Shown one piece after another: positions 23,190 through 37,795 of a stretch of DNA of 64,000 bases. A program made the position numbers and the translations under genes. Source of the stretch: Octopus vulgaris (lineage: Eukaryota); contig OX597831.1 of NCBI GenBank assembly GCA_951406725.2, forward strand, positions 48,360,001 through 48,424,000, given 5' to 3'. Numbering within the stretch: position 1 is the stretch's first letter; each line of letters opens with the position of its first letter. The notes beneath the pieces are model-generated. The model ran no database searches and was not told where the DNA came from. It worked only from the letters and a program-made list of their open reading frames with translations.

Positions 23190-25132
23190 TAAGGTGTCCC
23201 CCAAAAATGTATACACACTTGTACTACAGTAAAGGGATTATTTATTAAAATGCACGTCCTTTCTAGACGATAATATAATTTATAGACATTATTTAACTCT
23301 TTCGTTACCAACCCGGCTGAAACCGGCTCTGGGTCTGTTGTACAAATGTCTTGTTTTGATAAGTTTTAATTAAAATTTTCCACTAAACCTTAGTCACAAT
23401 TATTGTTCCTAACACTAGCTTAATGATAACCAAGTTATTTTACAAAATTCTTTCATCATCATCATCATTTAACGTCCGTTTTCCATGCTAGCATGGGTTT
23501 GACGGTTCAACTGGGGTCTGGGAAGCCAGGAGGCTGCACCAGGCTCCAGTCTGATCTGGCAGTATTTCTACAGCTGGATGCCCTTCCCAAAATAATTGAG
23601 AGAAACACAGAACATCTCAAAATAAATACAGTAACGAAAGGGTCAATTACATTTAAACCTGGAAAAATGTGTATATAGTTTAAATAATGCATATAAAGGC
23701 AGAATTTATTGAAAAGCATTTTTTAAAGATTATGCTATCACCTGTTTTGAAATTGACGTCCATTCTGGTGCAGACATTGTTTAGAATGGAATTGCAAGCA
23801 GCAAGTAATATTTCATTAGTTTTTGGAGTGAATTCTTGTTCAATGGCAAATCTTAGTTCAGTGACTGTTGTTGATTTTGTAGTGTACACTTTATCTTTTA
23901 TGTATTCCCCATAAGAAAAAAAATTTAAAGGAGCGAGGCCTGGTGAATGAGAAGTGTATTCTGCAAAACCTTTTCTTCCCATTCACATGCTTAGCAACAT
24001 CTAATTAAGGTAGGATCATACATCACAACGGTAGTGTGGTGATGATCCATCTTGCTGGGAATAAAATTCCTTGTCTTCAAAGACTTCTCTAATGCTTGGC
24101 ATGCTAGACTGTTGTAGCATGTTCAAGTAAATGGGATCGGTCACAGTAGCATCAAAGAAAAATGGTCCAATTAATCCTCTTGATGTAATGCCACACCACA
24201 CAGTAACTCCTAGTAAATTAACTTCATGTTCCACTGCAACACACAGATTTTCAGGCCCCCAGTACATGCAACTGTGGTAGATAATTGAACCATTTAATTC
24301 GACCCTATGGAGATGGAGCCTCATTTGGAGTTTCAGTGCCAAAAAAAAAGGAACCTTTTTCACAAGACCTACAAGGGCATGCAGTTATTTAAGACAAAAA
24401 TATATATAAAATTAAGTAATTACTTTACATATATAAAACTATATACAGTCTTGTAAGAAATTTGAATGAACTAATACAATCTTTGTCATTCGACTTTCTG
24501 GTCAATAGATCAGTCTTGTCATCTCCTAAAGATTAAATATAGACCTGTCACTCTACGTAACTTTTGTTGGAAAACATAAATCTGAGGATCTCTTAAGCAT
24601 TTTGCCGAGTATTGTTCGCAATGCAATAAAAACTCACCATATCATGGTTCACCTATTGCCCTCTCAGCACATCATGGATTTTTTTGGCTAAAATATGTAA
24701 ATATACATTGCAGACTCCTCAGTGCATCACGGGTTTCTGCGACCAATAATTATATGTTTTTTTAGATCTTAACTATTTCTGTGGTAAAATAAGCATTTTC
24801 ATGCCTAAAAATTTATGGATTAATAAAAAAAAATACAGTACAGTACTGCACTGTACAGCACATTAATTAAAATATATCAAAAGAAAATACATACTCTTTA
24901 CTCATTTACTTGTTTTTTACTTTTTACTTGTTTCAGTCATTTGACTGTGGCCATGCTGGAGCACCACCTTTAGTCGAGCAAATCGACCCCAGGGCTTATT
25001 CTTTGTTAGCCTAGTACTTATTCTATCGGTCTCTTTTGTCGAGCCACTAAATTACAGGGATGTAAACACACCAGCATCGGTTGTCAAGTGATGTTGGGAG
25101 ACAAATTCAGACACACAAACATATACACACAC

Positions 25133-25176
<44 letters not shown>

Positions 25177-26036
25177 GGCTTCTTTCAGTTTCCGTCTACC
25201 AAATCCACTCACAAGGCTTTGGTCAGCCCAAGGCTATAGTAGAATACACTTGCTCAAGGTGCCACGTAGTGGGACTGAACCCAGAACCATGTAGTTGGTA
25301 AGCAAGCTACTTACCACACAGCCACTCCTACGCCATAGTGTACCATAGATGAGTAAACAAAGAATTGCATATACTGTATGGAAAACGAAACTCAGGAAGC
25401 AAGTGTGTGGTGTTGCCTTGCATTTATAATAAAATAGATATATACAAATTATAAAATTAATAAAAAAAAAGAATACAGTACTGTTTCTACTTCACAGATT
25501 TTCACCCATGATAGTCGAGGTATTATTGTATTTCAGTCCTCTGTCTGAATCATCTTCATTGATAGCATGGAGTAATGTTGGGATATAACTTGTCCCATGG
25601 CAGTGCTTCAAAATGTGATGAACAGACATTTTTGAAATCCTTACATCATAGCTCACTTGCCTCATAGATTTTCTCAAACTTTTGTGAAAACTTTCTTGTA
25701 ACCTTTCTTGCTTTCTGGGGCTTGTTGATATCCATGATATTCTGGAAATATTTCTGTGTAAGTCCCATACAGTTCCATCAGATTCAAATTTATTCTTGAT
25801 TAAACAGAAGGCTAACCATGTAGGTGGATCTGAGTGATACCCCCTTTCTATACTAAGTTTGGACTTCAACTGCATTTTCATACTTCCAGTAGCATTGTAA
25901 GACGAATTTCCTTTCTTTGAAGCTAAGTCTTGACGCCATTATTAATTCTGTTGGGTGAAGTCAGAAAAGAAGCAAAGAAAATTTGAGTTATCTGCTGTAG
26001 AAGTGCATATACATTTTTTTGGGGGGGGACACCCTG
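23190..26036 (-). mobile_element. Near full-length fossil IS630-Tc1-mariner (DUF4817-type) transposon with nested insertions
   Basis: TIRs (t)aaggtgtcccccaaaaatgtatacacactt and aagtgcatatacattttt..ggacaccctg, flanked by TA. Transposase pieces in order on the minus strand: 25492-25881 (KFESDGTV..SLRKSMRQ..SVHHILK), 24016-24290 ([25 protein letters not shown]) and 23680-23982 (SPGLAPLNFF..YIKDKVY). Confidence 0.88.
23296..23644. mobile_element. piggyBac-like (TTAA) MITE
   Basis: ttaa|ctctttcgttac ... gtaacgaaaggg|tcaa, interrupted by an RTE tail at 23455-23590. Same family at 39537-39754. Confidence 0.75.
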
Positions 26037-28264
26037 TATGTATGTATGTATGTATGTATGTATGTATGTATGTATGCATGCATGTATGTATGTATTTCTG
26101 AATGTATGCATTTATGTATAAATGTATGTTTGTATGCATGGATGATTCATTATTATCATCATCATCATCATCGTTTAACATCCTCCTTCCGTGCTGACTT
26201 GGGTTCGATGGTTTGACAGGCCCTGGCCAGGCAGAAGACTGCACCAGACTTCTGTGTCTGTTTTGGCATGGTTGCCCTTCGAAATGCCAACCACTTTACA
26301 GTGTGGACTGGATGATTTTTAAGTGGTACTTGCACTGACTGAGAGGGGAGGAGGAGATCTTGTGTTGGATGATGAATGGTTAGAGTGTGGCAGAGAGACA
26401 GAAACAAGTATCTTGTTATAGAGGAGGTACATGGTTAACCAGCCTGAGAGAGAGAGAAAGAATGAGGAGAGACGGATAGAGAGAGAAAGAGAGGGAAAGA
26501 GAAAGAACGAGAGGAAGAGAGGGAGAGAGATTTAACAAGAAAGTGGGCAGGAACAGGTATGCTGCTGTAAAGGAGATAGATGGTTACCTAGCTGGAGGGA
26601 GGAGCAAGAGAAGGAGAGAGAAAGAGTGATCAAGAATGAGAGCAGAAACAGGTGTGCAGGTGTGCTGTTGAAGAGAAGATTCATGGTTAGCTAGAAAGTA
26701 ATTGCTGGCCTTGTGTCAAAATTTGAAACCCATATTGTATTGTTGTAAGGCAGTGGGCTACCAGAATTGTTAGCATGTAAGCTGGTAGAATCATTAGCAC
26801 ACCGGGTGAAATGCTTAGCGGCATTTCGTCTGCTACTACGTTCTGAGTTCAAATTCCGCCAAGGTCAACTTTGCCTTTCATCCTTTCGGGGTCGATTAAA
26901 TAAGTACCAGTTATGCACTGGGGTCGATATAATCGACTTAATCCGTTTGTCTGTCCTTGTTTGTCCTCTCTGTGTTTAGCCCCTTGTGGGTAGTAAATAA
27001 ATAGGTATTTTGTCTGTCTCTACTTTCTGAGTTCAAATTCCGCCGAGGTCGACTGCCATTCATCCTTTCAGAGATCGATAAATTAAGTACCAGTTACACA
27101 CTGGGGTCGATGTAATCGACTTAATCCCTTTGTCTGTCCTTGTTTGTCCCCTCTATGTTTAGCCCTTTGTGGGCAATAAAGAAATTAGAATTGTTAGCAT
27201 GCCAGACAAAATGCTTAGTGGCAGAGTTCATATTCCACCGAGGTTGACTTTGCCTTTCATCCTTCCGGGTCAATAAAATAAGTACCAGTTGAGTACTGGG
27301 GGAAGGGGTCGATGTAATCATCTTATCCCCTCCCCCAAAATTGCTGGTCTTGTGCCAAAATTTGAAATGACTATATTAACCATAAAGACACAGCAATATA
27401 AGCTGATTAACAATCAATTTATTGACTACATTTCCTAATGTGTTTAATTGTCATCACCAAATATTGGTTTTGATCCCACATGTTATTCTTTCTGCTATGA
27501 TGAATCGGAAAATTGGTGATGTTTTCACCTTAAAGCTATATTTATTACATCTGGTCTAGTTTATTTTAGTGTTCGTCTCCATACTTTATCCATCATGAAG
27601 AGACATAAAACCAAGATGCCTTTAATAACTCATAAATTATGAATGATGTATTGTAGGCAACTAAGCAGCTTATTTGAAATATTTCGTTTTTCTGATGGAT
27701 GATGTCTCTGAATTATTTATTTTTTAAGCAGATGCAGACATGGCTGTGTGGTTAAGAAGTGTGCTTCCCAGCCATATGGTTTTGTGTTCAGATTGACAGC
27801 ATGGCACTTTGGGCAAGTGTCTTTTACTTACAGCCCTGGGGCATCCACAGCCTTCAGGAGGAATTTGATACACAGAAATCAGAAAAATATCTGATATATA
27901 CCCACCAACCTACATGCACCCACACACATATTTATATTTGGAAAAATGAATTTGAATACATATGGCTGTGTGGTTGCTTCCCAGTTGTGTGGTTTCAGGT
28001 TTTGTCCCAGAGTCCAGTACCTTGGGCAAATGTCTTCTAATATAGGTTTGGCCTAACCAACACATCATGAGTGAAATTGTGAAACACACAGGTGGAAGTC
28101 TCATCATGTACATATTACATGTGTGAAAGTTTTTATGTCTCCTTTGTAGATGGGAAGATAAATATATACATATATATGTGTGTGTATAATAATAATAATA
28201 ATATATGATATATATATATGTGTGTGTGTATATATATATACATATATATGTGTATATATATATA

Positions 28265-28341
<77 letters not shown>

Positions 28342-28554
28342 CAGTGTACATTCAAAGAACAGCTAAAGTCCAAAACCACTAATTAGGGAAAAATTCTTGA
28401 AGGGAATGAAAAATAAAAACATTTACCATCTATTTCCTGGACCATGGTTTCTGACTTATTTTAGCAAATAAAATAATTTGCTAGGTGAAGTTTTCATACT
28501 TCATCTTGTTTACACAGTTGGTGACATCCTGTACCCATATATAAATATGGATAC

Positions 28555-28560
<6 letters not shown>

Positions 28561-28651
<91 letters not shown>
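28561..28651. repeat. (TA)n microsatellite, ~45 units
   Basis: Perfect dinucleotide run directly abutting a family A SINE head. Confidence 0.95.
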
Positions 28652-28653
<2 letters not shown>

Positions 28654-29384
28654 CGTAGGAGTTAGCTGTATGGTAAGTAGCTTGCTAACCAACCACATGG
28701 TTCCGGGTTCAGTCCCACTGCGTGGCATCTTGGGCAAGTGTCTTCTGCTATAGCCCCGGGCCGACCAATGCCTTGTGAGTGAATTTGGTAGATGGAAACT
28801 GAAAGAAGCCTGTCGTATATATATGTATATATATATATATATGTGTGTGTGTTTACGTCTCCGTCACTTAGCGGTTCGGCAAAAAAGAGACCAATAGAAT
28901 AAGTACTGGGCTTACAAAGAATAAGTCCCGGGGTCGATTTGCTCGACTAAAGGCGGTGCTCCAGCATGGCCGCAGTCAAATGACTGAAACAAGTAAAAGA
29001 GTAAAAAAGAGTATATACATATGTATCCATATATATTTATGTATTATATATATATATATATATATATATAAAGGACTCTCCTACCAAAGACAATGTATGT
29101 GTGTTCAGCTGGCATCAGTGATTTGTTTATGGTGATCTAATGCTTATGAAACGCATTAGGTCAATTCCTCCATTAAATCAACGTTGTCTGAACAGGTGCA
29201 CAAGTGTACCATGTCAGGTGTTGAAGTGATTACAGAGCAACATGAGATGAAGCATTTTACTCACGAACACAATGCATCAGCCAGACTAGGAACTGAAACC
29301 GCGATCTTGTGATCGTGTGTGCAACACTCTTACCACGAGGCTATATACCCACACATCTTGAGAATAATAATAATAATGATAATA

Positions 29385-29441
<57 letters not shown>

Positions 29442-31389
29442 ATGATTATAATAACTACAAAAATAATTATTACAATTATCTTTATTAATATCATTATTAT
29501 TGAGAGAGTAATGCATGCCATCAAAGTGAAATCTGCCTCAATAAAATCTGTCCAATGCAAGCAAGCATGGAAAAGTGGCTGTTAGAATAACAATGATGAT
29601 GGTGATGATGATGATGGTGATGGTGATTCTAGTGATAGTGGTGATGGTGGTGGTGATGGTTGTGTTGTTGGTGGTGGTGGTGGTGGTTGTGGTGGTGGTG
29701 ATGGTGATGGTGATGGTGATGATAATGATGTTTGCGGTGGTGGTGATGATGATGACGATGATAGTGATGGTGGTGGTGATGATGATTATGATGACGATTA
29801 TGATGCTGATGGTGGTGGTAGCGTAGGTGATGGTGGTGGTGGAGATGATGATGATGATGATGATGATGATTATGATGAGAATGCCAATGACAATGCTTAA
29901 AATCCCCAAACAAAATGTTTTAAAAAGCGAAGTTTCAGAATAAATTTCTCCATTGAAACTTTAAAAAAAAAAAAAATTAAAAAATAACAAAAAAATTTTT
30001 TTTCATCGTTTCACCAAAAAATTTTCTTTGCATTTTCATGTCTTTAAAATTCAGTTGTAATTACTTCCATCAAATAATTAACAAGAGCTTAGATGAGAAA
30101 ATATAAATAGGTGTTTCTAAAATTCACAATTAATTGCAAAAAAAAAAGGTTTTAAATGAAATTAAATTAGCAAAAATATATTTCAGTATATCGATTTTCC
30201 CCTTAAACATTACACTTCTTTCAGAAAGCCATATCTTGCCCTCAAGAAGGCTGCAAACACTCTACCTGCTTTATATTGTCTTCATATGGTTTCATTTAAT
30301 TAAGTACAAAAGCAATTTTTTTTTAGAGAACCAGAAATAGATAATCAAATTGAACCCAGGGTTTTTAACCAAATGTTTAACCGTTTCTTTGATGAGGGTG
30401 GTATAGGGTATGGTGAAGGTGGGGGATGGGATATTGGTTGATGGGGTGGGGTGGACTGTTAGTGATGGTGGTGGTGGTGGTGGTGACAATGATGATGATG
30501 ATAGTGATGGTGTTGGGGATGATGATTATGATGCTGATGGTGGCAGTGGTAGGGGTGGACTTTGTGGTGTTGATGATGGCGATGGTAGTGGTGATGGTAG
30601 TGATGGTGGTGGTGGTGTTGGTGAAGGGTACTGGTTGATGGTAGTCGATGACGGTGTTGGTGGAGTGGATTGTGGAGATGTGGTGGTGGTCGTCGTCGTG
30701 GTTGTGTTGGCTTATGGTGATAGTGATGATGATGGGGACAATGGCATTTGTAATATTTCAGGAGTTTTAAGGTGGTGAACTGGCAAAAACTGTTGGCATG
30801 CTAAGCAAAATGCTCACCAGCATTTCATCCTGCTTCACTTCCTGAGTTCAAATTTCACCACGGTCCACATTGCCTCTCATCTTTTCAGTGTCGATAAAAT
30901 AAGTACAGAGGTTAATGTGACCAACTTAGCCCCTCCCTCGAAATCACAAGCCTTGTGCCAAAATTTGAAACCAGTATTTTAGAAGGAGGCACTAGATCCA
31001 TTCATGATCATATTTTTAAAGCAATACATAGTCTGCATGTTTCATTTCATTTCATTTTGAAAATAATCAAAATACCTGAAGGTTTTTTAACAAAATAGTT
31101 AATTCCATCATTATTAACCCTTTGTGGGCCGGTGGGGTTGGAATTACACAAAAGGCCATTGGGATGCCAAGGGAACCTCCTTCTATTTTTGTACATTTCC
31201 ACATTATCCATAAAGAAATATTTGTTTAATTTTGTATGTATGTGTGAGTGCTCGATGCAGAACAAGAAATTTAGCACTTTATAAGTATATATTTGTAATT
31301 ATTAGTGTTTAATGGGGGGAAATTAAAATATAATATATTGACTGGAAAAAGTTTTATTGAAGAAATCACTTTTTAAAATAATGAAATTA

Positions 31390-31940
31390 TTGTATACAGT
31401 GCTCAGGTGCACCACAACTTGTCAAAAGTGCATATAAAGCATATGCAGTAATGTACAAATGTCTGGGAAGTGAACAGTGTATGAGTCAGATACATGCTTG
31501 CATGTGTATGGAGGGGAGAAAATCAGGTGTTGGCGAATCTCAGGAAGCATGGAAGTTTTGAAGGATGCAGTGCTCCGACAACTAACAACCGATGCCGACT
31601 GTTTGTTCCATACTTCAGCAACTCTTAGCATGAAAAAGTATTTCCGAAAGTCATGGGAGCTGTGCTGTTTTCTGACTTTGTAAACATTTCCATGGGTGTT
31701 AGACAGGTGGAGTTTGAAAAGGTGCAGAGAGTTATTGTTAGTAAAATGGTTAATAATTTTATGGGTGTCTGCCAAGTCAGTTGCCAGACATCGGAGTTTC
31801 AATGTATCCATGTCCAGGGAAGTAAGATGTTCAGAATATGGTAAAAGCCTGATGGAGGGTATTCTCTTGGTTGCACGTCACTGAACGGTTTCCAGACAAT
31901 TAATATCTTGGGCAAGATAGGGGTTCCAGACCGGTAAACT
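31390..31940 (-). mobile_element. CR1/L2-type LINE 3' fragment
   Basis: WNPYLAQDI..LETVQ.RATKRIP, then TLKLRCLATDLADTHKII..LFK..HGNVYKV..RKYFFMLRVAEVWN, a typical CR1-group C-terminus. Confidence 0.75.
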
Positions 31941-32328
31941 ATACATATAGCACTAAATATAAAATAAAACAAAATTATTTAGTATAACGATTCATACCAG
32001 TACAAATACAAAAACAAATTGACTTGTAGTTCATCAGAATATCTAAAAAAGGAACAGAAAAAATAATTTCACAGAAAGCCAATGATGTCCAGTTGAATCC
32101 CAATGACCGTATTTTATGCTATAACATTCATATGACTGGAAACTTATAACTCGAAGTTTGTATGTACATATATAAACAATTGACAATAAAAATCTTGCAA
32201 TATAAAATCATTTAGATAAAAATGGTTGTGAGAACAAACACGGACACACAGACATAAATATATACATATATACATACATAAACACAGACACACAGACACA
32301 CACACAAACACACACACACATACACACA

Positions 32329-32360
<32 letters not shown>

Positions 32361-33054
32361 TGGCTCAGTGGTTAGAGTGTCAGATTCACAATCATGAGGT
32401 AGTGAGTTCAGTTCCTAGACCTGGCTGTGTGTCGTGTTCTTGAGCAAGACACTTTATTTTGCATTGCGCCAGTTCACTCAACCGAAGAAATGAGTTGCAA
32501 CATCACCGGTACCAAGCTGTATCAGTCTTTACCTTTCTCTTGGATAACATCAGTGGCATGGAGAGAGGAGGTTGGCATGCATGGGTGACTGCTGATCTTC
32601 CATAAACAGCCTTGCCTAAGTATTTTCGTCTACTACTTGAACCAGAAACCCCATGGTTGCAAAGTGATCTTATTAACCACAGAGTTATGAGAATATAATT
32701 AGCAATGGTTGCTGCTGTGAGGTGTGACACATCTAAAGAATACCTTCTGGAATTTCAACTCAGAACAGTTGAAAGCCTATTTGGTTCTCTACTCTTTCTG
32801 TCACTAGTACCATAATTAACCAGAAATTAACATAATGGTTGAATGCCAAGAACAGCATGAATAAATATGGTTTCATTCTTGACTTGCAGCCAAATCTTTT
32901 TAAACTTACAACCTGCTGTTTGAAAGAGTGAAAAAAAAATTAGAAAGGAGTGGAATGGAAAAGTGGATCTTGACAGTATAGTTGTAAACACACAACATCT
33001 GGAAAAACAAAAAAAGTACATGACACTTCTATAAAAATCCCAAACAGACCAAAT

Positions 33055-33905
33055 AGGTGCAGGAGTGGCTGTGTGGTAAGTAGCTTGCTTACCAACCACA
33101 TGATTCCGGGTTTAGTCCCATTGCATGGCACCTCGGGCAAGTGTCTTCTATTATAGCCTCGTCCCGACCAAAGCCTTGTGAGTGGATCTGGTAGACGGAA
33201 ATTGAAAGAAGCCCGTCGTATATATGTATATATATGTGTGTGCGTTTGTGTGTCTGTGTTTGTCTCGCCCAACATCACTTGACAACCAATGCTGGTGTGT
33301 TCATGTCCCTGTAACTTAGTGGTTCAGCAAAAGAGTCTGATAGAATAAGTACTAGGCTTACAAAGAATAAGTCCTGGGGTCGATTTGCTCAACTAAATGT
33401 GGTGCTCCAGCATGGCCGCAGTCAAATGACTGAAACAATTAAAAGAGTAAATGAGACCAAAGCCTTGTGAACGGATCTCGTAGACAGAAACTGAAAGAAG
33501 CCCATTGTATCCATTTATTCTTTTTTCTTTACTTGTTTCTGTCATTTGACTGCAGCCATGCTGGAGCACCGCCTTGAAGGGTTTTAGGCGAAGAAATCAA
33601 CCCCACGACTTATTCTTTTTAAGCTTAGTACTTATTCTATTGGTCTTTTTTGATGAACTGCTAGGTTACAGGTACATAAACACACCAATATCGGTTGTCT
33701 AGCAATGGTAGTGGGGACAAACACAGACACACACACACATAGATATATACATGTATTTATACATACATATATATACACACACATATGTATATACATGACG
33801 GGCTTCCTTCAGTTTCAGTCTACCATATCCAATCACAAGGCCTTGGTCGGCCCAAGGCCATAGTAGAAGACACTTGCCCAGTGTGGTACACAGTGGGACT
33901 GAACT
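33055..33905. mobile_element. Tail-to-tail inverted pair of family A SINEs (33055-33455 +, 33515-33905 -)
   Basis: The same consensus is read in opposite orientations with a spacer of about 60 bp. Confidence 0.85.
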
Positions 33906-34329
33906 TGCCTATGTGTGGCCTAGTGGTTAAGATTATGGGCTCATGATCATTTGTTTAAGGTTGTTGTTTCAATTCTTGGACTGAGCAGCACATTCTCTGT
34001 GTGTATATGTGTATATGTGTGTGTGTATGGATGCATGTATTATGTATGCATCATATATGTATGTATGTATGTATGCATTATACATGTATGTATGTGTGTG
34101 TATCTCCTTGTCTTGACGTCATGTGATAGTTGTAAGTGAGTGTCACGGTCATATAGGCAGTGTCAGTCATTTCCATGAGTGGTTGGCTGGTTGGTGTGGG
34201 GTGGGCATTACGTTGTTTGGAAACAGGTGAAGGTTGGTGACAGGAAAGGGCATCTGGTCAAAGAAAATCTGCTTCAATAAACTCCATCCCACCCATGCAA
34301 GTATATGGAGAAGTAGACATTAGAAACAT

Positions 34330-34354
34330 AATGATGATGGTTGTGGTGGTGATA

Positions 34355-34395
<41 letters not shown>

Positions 34396-34406
34396 AATGA
34401 TGATGA

Positions 34407-34440
<34 letters not shown>

Positions 34441-34545
34441 GGTGGTGGTGGTGGTGGTGGTGGTGGTGGTGGTGGTGGTGGTGGTGGTGGCGGCGGTGGC
34501 GGTGGCGGTGGCGGTGGAAGTGGCGGTGGTGATGATGATGATGTT
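34330..34545. repeat. Compound trinucleotide tract (GAT)n(GGT)n(GGCGGT)n
   Basis: Direct reading; similar tracts at 16058-16210, 29590-29880, 30460-30735 and 55045-55175. Confidence 0.95.
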
Positions 34546-35884
34546 CTTCTTGCTCAGATAAAAATTAAAATCAGAGGCACCTCGGAGTTAATCCACTGAA
34601 GAAATTACATCCAGTTCAAGATACTGTTCCATCAGAGGGTTTTATGCTTAAACCACCTAAAAGTCCAGATAAGATCCATGCTTGTGAGCCTGTAGGAATG
34701 GTTATGGTCAAGCAACTGACAAGCAAATTTGTGGCAATTAGCAGAATATTTGCTATAACAATATTTCTGCTTCAGCAACTCAGCACTGAATCTGTCTGAA
34801 ATATAATAGAAAACAGACCAGTTTCAAAAAACTGGTGTCCGAGTTACAAAAGCAAAGTTTGAAGGGAATAGTAGTCATTTCCTTTGATTTCTAAATAAAA
34901 GCAAATAGGAAATAACAATTGCTAACCAAAGACAGAAAACCATAATTTTGCTAGACTGTGTTATAACTATAATAGTTGTACCTATTTCAGGACTCGCCCT
35001 TAGAATGGATCAATTTCCAGTAGTCTATTATTACACATTACACTCTACAGATGTTCAATACTATCATTTGCTAATATCAAGTTTAATTTGGCTATCTCTT
35101 TTTTCTTTTTTTTTTTTTGCTTATGTTTTCAGTTGAAGAATTTCATGACAAAGCTTTTGTTTAATTCTAGATTTATTTTCATTACTTTTTTTTACTTCTT
35201 GTGTAAGAAATGAGACGGATAAAACAATAATTTAAAATAATGAACAGTGAAATATTTATTTTATTTTTTGAATAAAAAAAAAAGAAAAATAATTATTGGG
35301 TTGAAAGTGTTAATGGAATAAAAGTTTCAACTATCGTGAAAAGTCAACAACGTTGCTTTTCTGTAATGTGTGTGTACGTATGTGTGTGTGTGTTATACAT
35401 ACATACATACATATATACATACATATATGTATGTATATGTATATATGCATGTATGTCTCTATATTTTATATATATATATATATTTATATACATGTATGTA
35501 TGTATACATATACACACATACACATAAACACACACAAACACAAACACACATGCGCATACACATGTATGTATATATGTATGTATGTACCAAAATCTATTGT
35601 AATTTCATTGTCTGAAGGAGACAGAGAGGTGGAGTGAGAGGGAAAAGAGAGAGAGGGGGAAAGAAAGAAGGAGAGAAGAGAAAGAGTGAGAGAGTGAGAG
35701 AGTATATATTTTACCTTGAGGAGAGTTTCAAAGAAAAACTGATTGAGCTAAATTTCTCTCTAAAGTCAATAGAAGAGCTCTCTAATTGAAGCCTAATGAT
35801 TAGGTTCGAAGTTAAAATTAACTGAAGGTGTTACTTCACGCAGAGTGACACTATGTTAATGAACAAAAAACTATATTGATTCAA

Positions 35885-37050
35885 AATCCTTTCTACTATA
35901 GGCACAAGGCCTGAAATTTTGTGGGAGGAGATTAATCGATTACATCGATCCCCAGTGTTTCATCCCCGAAAGGATGAAAGGTAAAGTCGACCTCAGCGGA
36001 ATTTGAACTCAGAATGTAACGGCAGATGAAATACCACTAAGCATTTCGCCCAGCATGTTAATGATTCTGCCAGTTTACTGCCTTACTATTATTTATTATA
36101 ATGATAACAATAGCAACAACAGCAGAAACAACAACATCAATAATAATGATAATCCTGTCTGTTAAAGACACATAGTTTCACTGGTACTTAATTTATCGAC
36201 CTTGAAAAGATGTCAGGCACAGTTGACCTTGGTGGAATTTGAACTCAGAACATAAAGATGAATGAAATACTTATTTCTTTATTACCCACAAGGGGCTAAA
36301 CACAGAGGGGACAAACAAGGACAGACATAGGTATTAGTCGATTACATCGACCCCAGTGCGTAACTGGTACTTAATTTATCGACCCCGAAAGGATGAAAGG
36401 CAAAGACGACCTCGGCGGAATTTGAACTCACAACGTAACGCAGGCGAAATACCGCTAAGCATTTCGCCTGGCATGCTAACGTTTCTGCCAGCTCGCAGAT
36501 GAAATACCACTAAGCATTTCACCCAGCATGTTAATGATTCTGCCAGTTTACTGCCTTACTATTATTTATTATAATGATAACAATAGCAACAACAGCAGAA
36601 ACAACAACATCAATAATAATGATAATCCTGTCTGTTATAGACACATAGCTTGAAACTTTGTGGGAGAGAGCTCGTCAATTACATCAACCCCAGTGTTTCT
36701 CTGGTACTTAATTTATCGACCTCGAAAGGATGACAGGCAAAGTTGACCTCGGTGGAATTTGAACTCTGAATATAAAGATGAATGAAATACCGCTTAGCAT
36801 TTTTGCTGCCTTATAATAATGAAAATAATAATAATCCTTTCTACTAAAAGCACAAGGCCTGAAATTTGTGGGGAGAGGACCAGTCGATTACATCGACCTC
36901 AGTACTCCACTTGTACTTAGTTTATTGACTCTGAAAGTATGAAAAGCAAAGTCAACCTTGGCAGAATTTGAACTCAGAACGTAAGGACGGGTGAAATGCC
37001 ATTAAGCATTTTGTCAAGCATGCTAACGATTCTGCCAGCTCACTGCCTTA
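35885..37050 (-). mobile_element. Cluster of 4-5 family B SINE copies with a local ~150-bp direct duplication
   Basis: Repeated aggatgaaaggcaaagtcgacctc..gaatttgaactcagaa; 36022-36175 recurs almost exactly at 36495-36650. Confidence 0.85.
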
Positions 37051-37289
37051 TATAATAATAATGATGATGATGATGATGATGATTATGATGATGATGATGA
37101 TGGTGATGGTGATGGTGATGATAATAATACTAATAATAATAATAATGATAATAATAATAATAATAATTATCGGGAAGGTTCTAAGCACTTGAAAGAGTAC
37201 TGAGAATATGTGGATACCTAAGGTTACAGGTAGAAACCTACTACCCGCATAAATCCTACCAGGAATAAGACCAAACCTGTGTCAAATCA

Positions 37290-37359
<70 letters not shown>

Positions 37360-37360
37360 A

Positions 37361-37795
37361 ATTGCCCTGATGCAGTACCAGACAGTGGCTCTCATGGCTT
37401 CTCATCTTAACTGATTGGAAGTGTTATCATGTGCATTGTTTTGCCTTGGTATAAAAGATGCGCTGCAGTAAATATTCTGCTCAATACCACAGATATGCTT
37501 GTCAGTTGTTTGACCATAACCAGTTGAGCATGTCCTTTGGTGGCTGACGGTATGTGCATCTTCAACAACCCTATTTCAGGGACCCTTTGAGCAGGATGGG
37601 CTACTCGACCTGAACAAAATTCTAACTGGGCCCTACCTGCAAGGTCATGTGCTGTTTAGCTTGATATAAGATCACTATGTTGGGCACATATGGTTGTGAT
37701 GCATGTACCTATCGTACCCTTATCAGATGGGTATACTGGGCTTCGTATATATTACCCCAGTGTCCCTTTGATGGCATGCACTGCTCTCTCACTCA
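37361..37795 (+). mobile_element. Family D (TAA)n-associated element, most complete copy
   Basis: Begins tgccctgatgcagtacc right after the (TAA)n/(TTA)n tract 37290-37358 and ends ctctctcactc(aat)n. Confidence 0.75.

Noticed and set aside
37361-37430. Short resemblance of the family D end to U2 snRNA (cctggta(c/t)tgca on the opposite strand)
   Set aside because: Only an ~12-nt match with no Sm site or colinear similarity; insufficient.
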